From positions 1 through 38,681 of the IMG/VR virus record IMGVR_UViG_3300024331_000159: DNA of 38,681 bases. One strand, 5' to 3'. Under the pieces are notes generated by a model that saw only the letters and a list, made by a program, of their open reading frames with translations, was not told where the DNA came from and ran no database searches. Below are positions 7,307 through 15,309 of the stretch, in pieces; position 1 is the first letter of the stretch; every line of letters begins with the position of its first letter. The DNA is from a virus (Duplodnaviria; Caudoviricetes). The translations under genes were made by a program, and so were the position numbers.

Positions 7307-7585
7307 TCAGATTCGCGCGGGCTGAGGTTTGTGCGGGGTCGCGTAGCGTTCGCTGCGGATCTCGCGGAAGTGTTCGTAGATTTCGTCGAGCGACAGCTTT
7401 GTCCGGCGGCGGTTTGCGAGCTGGCTGATTCGAATCGCCCTCGCCGGATGCGGAGAGGTCTTGCCGCTGAGCCACTGGTAAACCGCCTCTTCCTGAATCG
7501 CCAATTTCTTCGCCAATTTCATCACTCCATAACCGCGAATGAATTGTTCGAACTTCGACGCCCTAGCTTTTCGAGGCAAAGGCAC
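7307..7585 (-). CDS. Cro-like helix-turn-helix protein
   Basis: GVMKLAKKLAIQEEAVYQWLSGKTSP HTH pattern; GGAGG RBS. Confidence 0.8.
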   Translation of the reverse strand: MPLPRKARASKFEQFIRGYGVMKLAKKLAIQEEAVYQWLSGKTSPHPARAIRISQLANRRRTKLSLDEIYEHFREIRSERYATPHKPQPARI

Positions 7586-7907
7586 CTCCGACGTTGGCTT
7601 TCCAAACGATCGACGTGCGCCCGCTTGGTCCTCTCCTCCTTTCGGCAGTTGGCAGAACCAGGTTCTTCTCCTGCAGAGGCTTGAAGCGCGGGCTTACCGA
7701 AACCAGCTCGGCGCCCAGGAGCTTCGCGACTTCGTGCGACGTGAGGCCGCGCGGGTGATTGCGGAGAGCCTCGAGGACCTTGCCCTCGAGTTCGGCGACA
7801 GGAACGGAGCGAGCAGCGGCTTTGCTGGTGTCGGGATCGCGACGCCTGGCGCGCGCAGGATGGACCGGACTGACGAACTGAAACGCTTGCTGTAGTTGCT
7901 GATCCAT
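7563..7907 (-). CDS. Winged-HTH DNA-binding protein
   Basis: ARRRDPDTSKAAA leader followed by GLTSHEVAKLLG...VSPRFKPLQEKNLV. Confidence 0.8.
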   Translation of the reverse strand: MDQQLQQAFQFVSPVHPARARRRDPDTSKAAARSVPVAELEGKVLEALRNHPRGLTSHEVAKLLGAELVSVSPRFKPLQEKNLVLPTAERRRGPSGRTSIVWKANVGGAFASKS

Positions 7908-7926
7908 CTCCGGCCCCTTTCCCCGA

Positions 7927-8073
7927 CTACTTACTGACCGCAACCGCGAACGCGCAGAAAAAGACAAGCGCGATGAACGCGAACCAATATCCGATTTGCT
8001 TCAGTTTCTCGAGGCGCTCCCGGCGGTACTCCGCTGCGTAAGCGTTGACGAGCTGTTGCTGGATTCCAGCCAT
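7927..8073 (-). CDS. Small membrane protein (48 aa, C-terminal TM)
   Basis: GAGGAGGG RBS, ATG at 8073, hydrophobic IGYWFAFIALVFFCAFAVAV. Confidence 0.75.
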   Translation of the reverse strand: MAGIQQQLVNAYAAEYRRERLEKLKQIGYWFAFIALVFFCAFAVAVSK

Positions 8074-8083
8074 CGTTCCCTCC

Positions 8084-8203
8084 TCAGTCGAAAGACAACT
8101 TGATCGCTTGCGCCGCAGCCGCGCCGATCGCCGCGCCGGCCAGCGTGCACAGGATGACCACGGCCAGCGCCACGAGGACCCCACTGATGGACCGCGGCCA
8201 CAT
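8084..8203 (-). CDS. Small membrane protein (39 aa, MWPRSISGVLVALAVVILCTLAGAAIGAAAAQAIKLSFD)
   Basis: Hand-translated, below the ORF-track cutoff; TGATG overlap with the upstream gene; fills the gap. Confidence 0.7.
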   Translation of the reverse strand: MWPRSISGVLVALAVVILCTLAGAAIGAAAAQAIKLSFD

Positions 8204-8325
8204 CAGCGGCTCATCCGGTTGCGGTTCGCCCAATACATCGCGAGCAGCGAAAGCGCGAGCACGCCGCCCAGACCCCAGAACAGGTATTTCAGAAATCCGA
8301 GATTCACTAACGCGGTGTCATGCAT
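8203..8325 (-). CDS. Small membrane protein (40 aa, MHDTALVNLGFLKYLFWGLGG...)
   Basis: AAGGAG RBS, ATG at 8325, one TM segment. Confidence 0.75.
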   Translation of the reverse strand: MHDTALVNLGFLKYLFWGLGGVLALSLLAMYWANRNRMSR

Positions 8326-8581
8326 GGGCTGGCTCCTTCTGAACTTCTGGCTGCGGGGAGAACTTGCGAATGGCGCGCTCTTCGGCATGCGCCGCGACGT
8401 CGGCCAGGCGCAGAGCGATTTTCTGCGCGACGCGGTCCTTCACGATTTGCTCGATGATCGGTTCCAGCCGGTCGATGTCGCGGGTCACGACGTCGGCGAT
8501 TTCGCGCTCGGCGGGACTGCCGTCGCGCGGGATGCTGTGCATCAGGACTTCGAACACCAGTTCGCGCTCTGCCTGGGTCAT
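8318..8581 (-). CDS. Hypothetical helical protein (87 aa, MTQAERELVF...)
   Basis: ATGA overlap with the 7-TM gene stop; GAGGT RBS. Confidence 0.75.
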   Translation of the reverse strand: MTQAERELVFEVLMHSIPRDGSPAEREIADVVTRDIDRLEPIIEQIVKDRVAQKIALRLADVAAHAEERAIRKFSPQPEVQKEPAHA

Positions 8582-9300
8582 GACGGCCACCTCTGAACGA
8601 AGTGGATGGCCGTCCGGTAAAGTTCCTGCGCGGTCCATGAAAGCCACCGGACCTCGAGCAGTTCGTTTCCGGTGTCGTTCTGCTTCACGAGTTCGCTATG
8701 GAGTCCGGCGAGATAGATCGCGATCCACGTCCAAGCGACCAACGCCGTGAAGGCCGGCACCCACGCCGCGTGGGTAATTGCGGCGGCGCGGAATCGAACG
8801 ATGCTAACGGCGTAGGCGTAATGAAAGAGGCCCTGAACGAGCCAGAGAATCCCAAGTGCGGCCCGAAGGCGATTTGATAGACCGTCCTCGACGTGAACCA
8901 GGCTGGCGAGAAGGCACACGCCGCACGCAACGAAAAGCGAAGCCTGAAGTTCTAGAAAATCGAGGCCGGGAGATTCGCGGCGAACCGTGTCAAATAATCC
9001 GAGGGTGATGATCACCGCGACGGTGATGAGCGTCCAGCAACTCGAATGCGCTAGGGTCCGGAGCGTCAAGACTGCCAGCGCGATGATCATCGGAATCGCG
9101 GTCGAGTAGTAGACCTTGGCGTAACCGTCAGCCGAGTACGCCAGCCGCTGCGATGCGATCCAGCAGCAGAATGTGAAGAACACCTGCGCGCCCAGGTAGA
9201 CCAAAAGTCCGCCCGGCAGAATGCTGTCGGGAAGGCGCAATGCCCCGCGAATTACCAGACAGAGCGAGATGAGGGAGGCGAAAACGAGTAGGTCGCGCAT
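8578..9300 (-). CDS. Seven-transmembrane protein of unknown function
   Basis: Seven hydrophobic segments by eye, short loops, polar C-terminal tail; GAGGA RBS. Confidence 0.8.
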   Translation of the reverse strand: MRDLLVFASLISLCLVIRGALRLPDSILPGGLLVYLGAQVFFTFCCWIASQRLAYSADGYAKVYYSTAIPMIIALAVLTLRTLAHSSCWTLITVAVIITLGLFDTVRRESPGLDFLELQASLFVACGVCLLASLVHVEDGLSNRLRAALGILWLVQGLFHYAYAVSIVRFRAAAITHAAWVPAFTALVAWTWIAIYLAGLHSELVKQNDTGNELLEVRWLSWTAQELYRTAIHFVQRWPS

Positions 9301-9303
9301 GTG

Positions 9304-9720
9304 TTATCCTCGGGCGAAACTCGGGCGAACGTTCCCAAGGAAGGAGGCGCTCAATGCCATACCCACCGATCCCACCGCACGGCGGTAACGGCGGCTTTCT
9401 AGGCGATTAAGCCGGCGAAGTGAACCGGGACGGTCACCCTCCTTTAGCGATTCCGCCCCGGCCGCCATCTCTGGCCTCGCCGCCAGAGAACCCGGTGTGC
9501 CACAGTGGGCGCACACTGTATGACACTGTGTTCCTTGCAAGAGGCGGGTGAGCTGCTCCATCATGCCGGCATCGATAAGGCGGAACACAATCCGCAGGAG
9601 CAGCCGAATGACATCGCTTTCGTTTTCGCAATATGGGTCGAATCGCTCGCGTTCGCGGTTCAGCCGTTCCAGCATCCAGCCTGGGAACTTGATCGACTTC
9701 CTAACCATCCATTCGCCCAT
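9304..9720 (-). CDS. Ribbon-helix-helix DNA-binding protein with long C-terminal tail (138 aa)
   Basis: VRKSIKFPGWMLERLNRE...NESDVIRLLLR RHH pattern; GAGAGGGG RBS before ATG at 9720. Confidence 0.7.
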   Translation of the reverse strand: MGEWMVRKSIKFPGWMLERLNRERERFDPYCENESDVIRLLLRIVFRLIDAGMMEQLTRLLQGTQCHTVCAHCGTPGSLAARPEMAAGAESLKEGDRPGSLRRLNRLESRRYRRAVGSVGMALSASFLGNVRPSFARG

Positions 9721-9810
9721 TGCCGCCCCTCTCATTTCCCCACTTGACAACTTCCCCGCTTGCAACCAGACTCCCCGGCGCTCTGCTCTCATCTCAGGGG
9801 GATCCAGGTG

Positions 9811-10131
9811 ATGCACTCGGCACCAAAGGAAATTCCTGTCGAATTTCTGTTCGACAGTTCCAAGAACGTGCTGCAGGAATACGAACTCTCGCGATTGAAT
9901 CTGGCCGCGAATTTGAAAAAGGAGTTGCGAGCGGCGATGGAAGGAGTCATCGACAGCCTGGTCGAAGCGCGCTTCGCGCGCTGGCTGCTGGAGCACAAAG
10001 AGGAGTTATGCAGCACGGTTGGAACCCTCCATGCCGCTGAGGAAATTCTCGATTTTGGAAGTGATCCGCTTGCTGAGGGGGAAACCAAGTTCGGCGCGGC
10101 GGACCGTCTCCAGGCTGATGCCGCCGATTAG
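9811..10131 (+). CDS. Hypothetical helical protein, antisense to the early operon
   Basis: Amphipathic, protein-like sequence (LQEYELSRLNLAANLKKELRAAMEGVID); fills the 9720-10006 gap; 3' end overlaps the HTH gene. Confidence 0.6.
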   Translation: MHSAPKEIPVEFLFDSSKNVLQEYELSRLNLAANLKKELRAAMEGVIDSLVEARFARWLLEHKEELCSTVGTLHAAEEILDFGSDPLAEGETKFGAADRLQADAAD

Positions 10132-10263
10132 ATTTGCGAGTGATTCGTAACTGAGTTCTCGGCTAGGGGTAAGCCGAAAAGCTTCCAGCCGCTTCGCCAG
10201 GTCCGGTCGGACGTTGCGTGCGACTTCCCGTTGAGGTGTTCTCTTTTTCGCTTTCGCCGGCAT
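10006..10263 (-). CDS. XRE/Cro-like HTH regulator, first gene of the early operon
   Basis: LSYESLANLIGGISLETVRRAELG HTH pattern. Confidence 0.8.
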   Translation of the reverse strand: MPAKAKKRTPQREVARNVRPDLAKRLEAFRLTPSRELSYESLANLIGGISLETVRRAELGFPLSKRITSKIENFLSGMEGSNRAA

Positions 10264-10291
10264 CGTTCCCCGATGCGGCGCGTCAGATATA

Positions 10292-10310
10292 CGATTATGT
10301 TAAGTAATCG
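10292..10310. promoter_or_regulatory. Candidate operator (inverted repeat CGATTA-N7-TAATCG)
   Basis: Perfect 6-bp inverted repeat in the AT-rich leader between the promoter and the HTH gene. Confidence 0.5.
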
Positions 10311-10342
10311 CGATATAACTTATAGGACGCACCGTCAAGAGG

Positions 10343-10372
10343 AAGATACGCGAAATGTGGAAAAGCTGTCAA
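10343..10372 (-). promoter_or_regulatory. Sigma70-type promoter for the early operon
   Basis: TTGACA-N18-TATCTT on the minus strand in a conspicuously AT-rich intergenic region; second TTGACG at 10338-10333. Confidence 0.65.
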
Positions 10373-10442
10373 TAGAATTTTTGGAGAATTTAGAGAAACT
10401 GTGCAAAACAGGGTGTTCCGCACAAAACAAAGGACTTAGCAG

Positions 10443-10655
10443 TCACTTTAGTAGCCGTTGGCGATAAATTCTGCGGCCGTCCCTTAATTCGCCCGTGCAC
10501 TCGAAGAAGCCGACTCCGTGCAACTGGATAGAGTTCGCGCCTAGAAGTTCGCGCGCCTCCATCTCAAAATCTTTCTCAAAGCCATGTGCGCAGACTAGCC
10601 GAATGGGTACTGACGTTTTCTCGGTCTCTGTTGTTTCGTTTTCCACGTCGGGCAT
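10443..10655 (-). CDS. Hypothetical protein (70 aa)
   Basis: ORF follows the lysis-like genes; protein-like composition. Confidence 0.6.
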   Translation of the reverse strand: MPDVENETTETEKTSVPIRLVCAHGFEKDFEMEARELLGANSIQLHGVGFFECTGELRDGRRIYRQRLLK

Positions 10656-10673
10656 CCTACCGCAAAGCGGCGA

Positions 10674-11348
10674 TTATTTGCAATGACCGCTTCCGCAGAC
10701 TGCCGCGCCGCCTGCCAGCGCCCCGATCAGCAGCCACTTCCCGGCCCGCTTGGTCCGGCTCCAGAACGTTCCACCCTTCAATTCGGTCCGCAAAGAGGTG
10801 TTCTCGTTCTTCAGGGCGTCGATCTGGGTGTCTGCGAGCTTCATCTGGGCAATCCGCGACGAGAGGTCGGCCTGGCAGCTGGTTACTTTGACGGAATCCT
10901 CCCGGCACTTCTCAACTGCATCCCTCAGAGCTGGTAGGTCTGCTTGCGGAATCGACGCGATCGCGTCGGGGCGGGGATTCTGGGCGGTAGCTGGCGGAAC
11001 GGTGATCGTGAGGGGCTGAGGCATTGCCGGGAACTGTTTGGGAAGCCACGCCGCGATTTGCTGCGGCGTCTGGATCTGCGCAGCCAGCTTCTGCATGGCG
11101 TCGAGCTGCTTCGCCGTTTCCGCATCCCTGAGGCGGTCGGCATCTTCGTGCTGCTTGCGCGATTGCTCGGCTTGGTCGTAAACCTGTTTTGCCGCGGCCA
11201 CTTCGGACAAGGCCCGGATCCGGTCGTCGTGCTCCTGGAGCCAGGTCGTGAAACCGAAAGCCGCGCCCGCGACCGCCAGAACGCCGGCGAGGATTTCGAG
11301 CTTCGCGCGAATCGATAAGAGCGTGATCCCCTCCTTCAAGGTGCTCAT
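10674..11348 (-). CDS. Spanin/Rz-like coiled-coil membrane protein
   Basis: N-terminal TM, long coiled coil with Pro-rich hinge and Cys pair, second C-terminal hydrophobic segment; lies after the tail genes. Confidence 0.6.
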   Translation of the reverse strand: MSTLKEGITLLSIRAKLEILAGVLAVAGAAFGFTTWLQEHDDRIRALSEVAAAKQVYDQAEQSRKQHEDADRLRDAETAKQLDAMQKLAAQIQTPQQIAAWLPKQFPAMPQPLTITVPPATAQNPRPDAIASIPQADLPALRDAVEKCREDSVKVTSCQADLSSRIAQMKLADTQIDALKNENTSLRTELKGGTFWSRTKRAGKWLLIGALAGGAAVCGSGHCK

Positions 11349-11587
11349 TTGTCCTCGCGATCTTTGTTTTTCTTCCGCAGCCAATAGAACTTCCGGCTGA
11401 GACCCTTCTGCTCCGGGCTCTGCGACTTCTTAAAATCCTTGACCCATTGATTCTTCGCGATACACCCCGGGCAAAAGGACGGCGCCATCAACCTTCGGGT
11501 GAAGAGACTGCCGATCAGAATCCCTAAAAATCCGGCCGTCGAAATGCAGGGCCATTGCTCACGAATCCAGTGCAGAGCCGTTGACAT
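11345..11587 (-). CDS. Small membrane protein with CPGC motif
   Basis: One TM, basic C-terminus, start/stop overlaps on both sides. Confidence 0.65.
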   Translation of the reverse strand: MSTALHWIREQWPCISTAGFLGILIGSLFTRRLMAPSFCPGCIAKNQWVKDFKKSQSPEQKGLSRKFYWLRKKNKDREDK

Positions 11588-11832
11588 CAGTCTTTACCTT
11601 TCAGAGCTGCATCAAGAAACATCTTGCCCAACTGTCGACGCCTCTCATGGTCGTCTTCGTAAACCAGCCTAGCGACCACATCAGTAAGGAACCTGAAGTC
11701 GGCGATTTCCTTTTCCCGCCTTACGCGAGCGCCAAGACCGTTTAGGTCCAACTTCCCTCTTCGCACATTGGCAACCAAGACTCCGGCGAGGTAGATCGCG
11801 ATGGCAATCTTCCAGAGAAGGTCAAGAGACAT
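11587..11832 (-). CDS. Small membrane protein, holin-like position
   Basis: N-terminal TM then charged helix; directly after the last fibre-like gene. Confidence 0.6.
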   Translation of the reverse strand: MSLDLLWKIAIAIYLAGVLVANVRRGKLDLNGLGARVRREKEIADFRFLTDVVARLVYEDDHERRRQLGKMFLDAALKGKD

Positions 11833-11835
11833 TTT

Positions 11836-13038
11836 TCATTGCGCCAAAGGCTGACAAACAACCGTTCCCGAGGTGATCGTCCCGCTCACCGGGATCACAC
11901 GGAACGCATTGATAGCGGCGGTCTGCGTATAAGTTTGCCCGAACTTCTGAAAGTTGGCCGTGTCCGTGGCGTTGTAGCTCAAAAGGTCCCAGGTCATGAA
12001 CTTGCGCGCCGTGGAGTTGAAAAAGTTGTACAGCCTGGCCGTGCCGTTTATCGTCGGAGCGGCACTCGGCGTGCCAGCGACGAGCGAAAAGCCCGTCGCG
12101 CTCTGATTGGTCTGTCCTGCCAGGCTAAGCGCTGCCTGGGTAATGCCGTCGTAAAATCGGCCATAAACATAATGCCCGCTGGTCGTGTCGTAGCTTGATC
12201 CGCCGTCCGTCGAAACCTGGATAAGCAGGTCCACCGCCGACGAAAGCACAACGTCCGAAAGCCTTATCTCATAGTCCCGATAGCTCGAACTCAAGCAGCT
12301 TGTGAACACCAGAGACGACGAGGTGGAAGCGGTCGCCGTTACCGGGACCGGCGGCGCTGCCGTGCAGTTTTGCGCGTTGCCACCGGTGTCAACTCCGAGA
12401 GGATAATTCCCAGCGCTGCACTTTGTCGGAGTCGAAGCCAGCGCCGTTGCAGTTGCTGCAAGGCCAGATGTGTTTTGATTGAGAGTCGGAAAATCGCCGG
12501 CAACCGCAATCGACGGCGCTCCGGTGCCCGTCGTATTTTTTACGATGCCCGTGGCAAGGCCTGCCATGCTCACGCCGTTTATCTTTCCGACGCCAGGATT
12601 CGGATACGTTCCCGTCAAATCGCCGCCGGCTGATCCGCTTGGAGTCCCTCCAGATGAGTTCTTCGCTGCCAGGGATGGCTCGCCATAGCTTTCATCGGCA
12701 GTGAACGAAAACGGCCCGGCCGTCGTGGCGACGATCGTGCCGATGACCGTCCCTGATTTAAATGGTCCGCCGCCGGGCCCTTTCTGCGCCGTGAAGGTGT
12801 ACTGCGTTCCGGCGGCATAGTGATGCGCAGTAGCCGACCCGGACAGGGTGATGTCGAACACCGCGGTCGGGCTCGCAGCATTCTCTCTGATCACGACATA
12901 GTTGCAGTCCCGATCGACGGTGATGTTTGCCGCGACGTTGGTGACGGCTATCGTCACGACGCCCTGATTGATTTGCGCCCCTACATCGACCGCTCCGAAC
13001 AACAGCGCGAATGCAAGAACGTGGAATAGACGTTTCAT
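11836..13038 (-). CDS. Tail fibre-like protein with signal peptide (400 aa)
   Basis: AAAAGGAG RBS; MKRLFHVLAFALLFGAVDVGA|Q; fibre motifs GSAGGDLTGTYPNP, FPTLNQNTSG; beta-rich tip ending AINAFRVIPVSGTITSG. Confidence 0.8.
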   Translation of the reverse strand: MKRLFHVLAFALLFGAVDVGAQINQGVVTIAVTNVAANITVDRDCNYVVIRENAASPTAVFDITLSGSATAHHYAAGTQYTFTAQKGPGGGPFKSGTVIGTIVATTAGPFSFTADESYGEPSLAAKNSSGGTPSGSAGGDLTGTYPNPGVGKINGVSMAGLATGIVKNTTGTGAPSIAVAGDFPTLNQNTSGLAATATALASTPTKCSAGNYPLGVDTGGNAQNCTAAPPVPVTATASTSSSLVFTSCLSSSYRDYEIRLSDVVLSSAVDLLIQVSTDGGSSYDTTSGHYVYGRFYDGITQAALSLAGQTNQSATGFSLVAGTPSAAPTINGTARLYNFFNSTARKFMTWDLLSYNATDTANFQKFGQTYTQTAAINAFRVIPVSGTITSGTVVCQPLAQ

Positions 13039-13127
13039 TTGCTTCTCCTTTTTCAACGAACAAAATTCCGTTGACTACGTACTTTGGAAAGTGGCAGAGT
13101 TGCTACCCCCGCAACGGAGAGGTTTCA

Positions 13128-13601
13128 ATGTTTCAGTCGCTATGCATCCTGCTTCTGTTTCAACAAGCGCCGCAGGCAAAGCTCAGCGAGCCATACGGCA
13201 AGGCAGCGTTTCTTGCGCTAAAGGCGATAGAGCGCGACACCTCTGAAATGGGCAACAAGTCCACAAAAGAAGCGATTGACTTGGCTGACGCCGAAGCCGT
13301 TTCGGACGCTGAAAAGGCCGTGACGAAAGCTTTAAATCGCATTTTGATAGACCGCGAGCTTAACAACAACGAACGAAGTCTCTTTGCGCTTGAATACCAA
13401 AACGCGGTAAAGGACATCGTGCGATGGTCTCGCCCAAAGGAGGACCACCAGAGCGATTTCGACCGCCTCCGCGATAAGTTTGACAAACAGACGAAAGAAA
13501 TTGCGGGTCGAGAAAGAGCATGTTTTTCGCCGTTCGAAGAATCGCTTCGTTCGAGGGAATCGAAGGTTCCTGAAACATGTAAATCGATTGGCAAGCCCTG
13601 A
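13128..13601 (+). CDS. Putative exported helical protein (moron)
   Basis: GGAGAGG RBS, short hydrophobic N-terminus MFQSLCILLLFQQ, two C-terminal Cys, opposite strand, TTGACT at 13071. Confidence 0.75.
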   Translation: MFQSLCILLLFQQAPQAKLSEPYGKAAFLALKAIERDTSEMGNKSTKEAIDLADAEAVSDAEKAVTKALNRILIDRELNNNERSLFALEYQNAVKDIVRWSRPKEDHQSDFDRLRDKFDKQTKEIAGRERACFSPFEESLRSRESKVPETCKSIGKP

Positions 13602-13605
13602 CGCC

Positions 13606-13821
13606 ATGAAAAGAAAGAGCTTCAGCGATCTTGACCTATTGGACTACGTGCTGCTCTTCGCATTTGTGGTGCTTCTGACGATCGTATTCATGCACAAAGC
13701 AGGGCCTAAAACTGAACAACGCGATGTCGAACTCCGACTGCAGCGGCAACCGATCCTCCGTCAGGTCGTATTCCCAAGAGAACAATTTGCCAATGGCCAT
13801 CGGTGTTCGCGGACATCGTGA
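13606..13821 (+). CDS. Small membrane protein (possible second moron gene)
   Basis: ATG 4 nt after the upstream stop, TM LLDYVLLFAFVVLLTIVFM; 3' half overlaps a convergent gene. Confidence 0.4.
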   Translation: MKRKSFSDLDLLDYVLLFAFVVLLTIVFMHKAGPKTEQRDVELRLQRQPILRQVVFPREQFANGHRCSRTS

Positions 13822-15307
13822 AGCTGACGGTATATCCGGTCACAGTCGTCGCGATCTCATACCCGCTCGCCTGATTGATTGATCCGGCGATCGAAGTGAA
13901 GGGCGAACTTACCGTCAGCGTGCTGGCGTTCGTATAGCCCGCACCCACACCCAGCAGAAATTCGTTAGGCACAAGTGTCGTCAGGGATCCCGAGGTGATC
14001 GGCGACCCCGTATTATTTGAAGTCGTCAGTACGTTGTCATTCCCGAAAATCTGGGCGTTCGACAACTCAACCATCGAGCCGATATTCAAGCCACAGGTGA
14101 CGGTGTCCGCGCCGCCGGAAGTTGCTTTGCCAACGAACACATGTATCCCGGCGAATGCCGCTTTATAGAAATTGTTGAAAACGACCAACTGAAAATTCGT
14201 TCCCAGCGAATCGGTGCAATATTCCCCATTCGCGAAGTCGTTCGTAAATCCAGAAGCGACAGCCAGCACACTGCCGGAGGTAACGTTCGAAGTGTAGGCG
14301 AGGGACGTCGACCCGGTGCCAGCCTTGGTCTGCAGGACGGAGACTGAATTAAGGCTGGTAACAACCTTTAGCGTGACCGCTTTCGTGGTCGTATTCGTTC
14401 CGTCGGTAACCTGGAACGTGATTGAGCTGTTGCTGCTGGCAGTCGGCGTTCCGGTGATCGCCCCGGTGCTCGAGTTCAATGAGAGGCCTGATTGCAAAGC
14501 GCCGGATGTGATCGACCAGGTGTATGAGCCTGCTCCTCCGGTGGCGAGCATTGTGTAGTTGTAGGCTGCGGTCAGGCCGCCAGTTGGAAGGACGGAAGGA
14601 CTCTGGATCGTGATCGAGCTCGGCTTTAACGCGATGATCAGGATTCGACCGACGTCATTGGTGGTGTTGCTGAAGCTCTCGGTGTAACTTCCATTCGCTC
14701 CGGCAAGTTTGAATTCTGCGCCCTCGCAATCATGCCCGGATTCATGCCCAATCATCGTGGAGTCGGAGTCCGGTTTGAACGACCCGCCGTCGCGAAACCC
14801 TCCGATATACCCGTAAATGAAATCGTTGTTTGCTGTCGTTGTGATGCTGCTGCTGGTGACCGTGCCCGGCGTGCCAGTGAATGCGCTGACCGCCGATGCG
14901 TCAACCGTCGCCGAGTAGAGAGGAAGGATTTCGACGCACGAAATATTGTTGTAGCTCGATCCAGAAACCGAAAATGTGACGGTGTTCGATCCGCTCGACG
15001 AGAAGGTGCCGATATAAGCCGCAATCCCGACGTTGCCGGTCGTGTTCGAAGTATCGATCAGGACTTGCGAGTAAGACGTGCTGCGCGTATCGCTCACTGC
15101 CGGGGTGCTGGTGCTGTTGTACCAACTTTCGGCGACGATAGTGATGTTTCCGCTGGTGACGTTCTGCGGAAAAACACAAGTCGTTCCGTCGCCATGCCCA
15201 GCACCGGTCTGGACCACTGGGATAAACGGAAGCTGCGCAAATGCGGCAGCCGGAAGGCCCAGCAGAATCAAAATCGCCAGAAGCCTCAGTTTCATTTGTC
15301 GCTCCAT
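13706..15307 (-). CDS. Signal-peptide protein with two related beta-sandwich domains flanking a putative Ig domain
   Basis: MKLRLLAILILLGLPAAAFA|Q; ATGGAGSYTWSITSGALQSGLSLNSSTGAITGTPT Ig signature; repeated NVTSG and vTSssITT modules. Confidence 0.85.
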   Translation of the reverse strand: MERQMKLRLLAILILLGLPAAAFAQLPFIPVVQTGAGHGDGTTCVFPQNVTSGNITIVAESWYNSTSTPAVSDTRSTSYSQVLIDTSNTTGNVGIAAYIGTFSSSGSNTVTFSVSGSSYNNISCVEILPLYSATVDASAVSAFTGTPGTVTSSSITTTANNDFIYGYIGGFRDGGSFKPDSDSTMIGHESGHDCEGAEFKLAGANGSYTESFSNTTNDVGRILIIALKPSSITIQSPSVLPTGGLTAAYNYTMLATGGAGSYTWSITSGALQSGLSLNSSTGAITGTPTASSNSSITFQVTDGTNTTTKAVTLKVVTSLNSVSVLQTKAGTGSTSLAYTSNVTSGSVLAVASGFTNDFANGEYCTDSLGTNFQLVVFNNFYKAAFAGIHVFVGKATSGGADTVTCGLNIGSMVELSNAQIFGNDNVLTTSNNTGSPITSGSLTTLVPNEFLLGVGAGYTNASTLTVSSPFTSIAGSINQASGYEIATTVTGYTVSFTMSANTDGHWQIVLLGIRPDGGSVAAAVGVRHRVVQF

Positions 15308-15309
15308 CT

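Noticed and set aside
8578-9300. Microbial rhodopsin
   Set aside because: The seventh helix has no retinal-binding Lys (no DxxxK motif)
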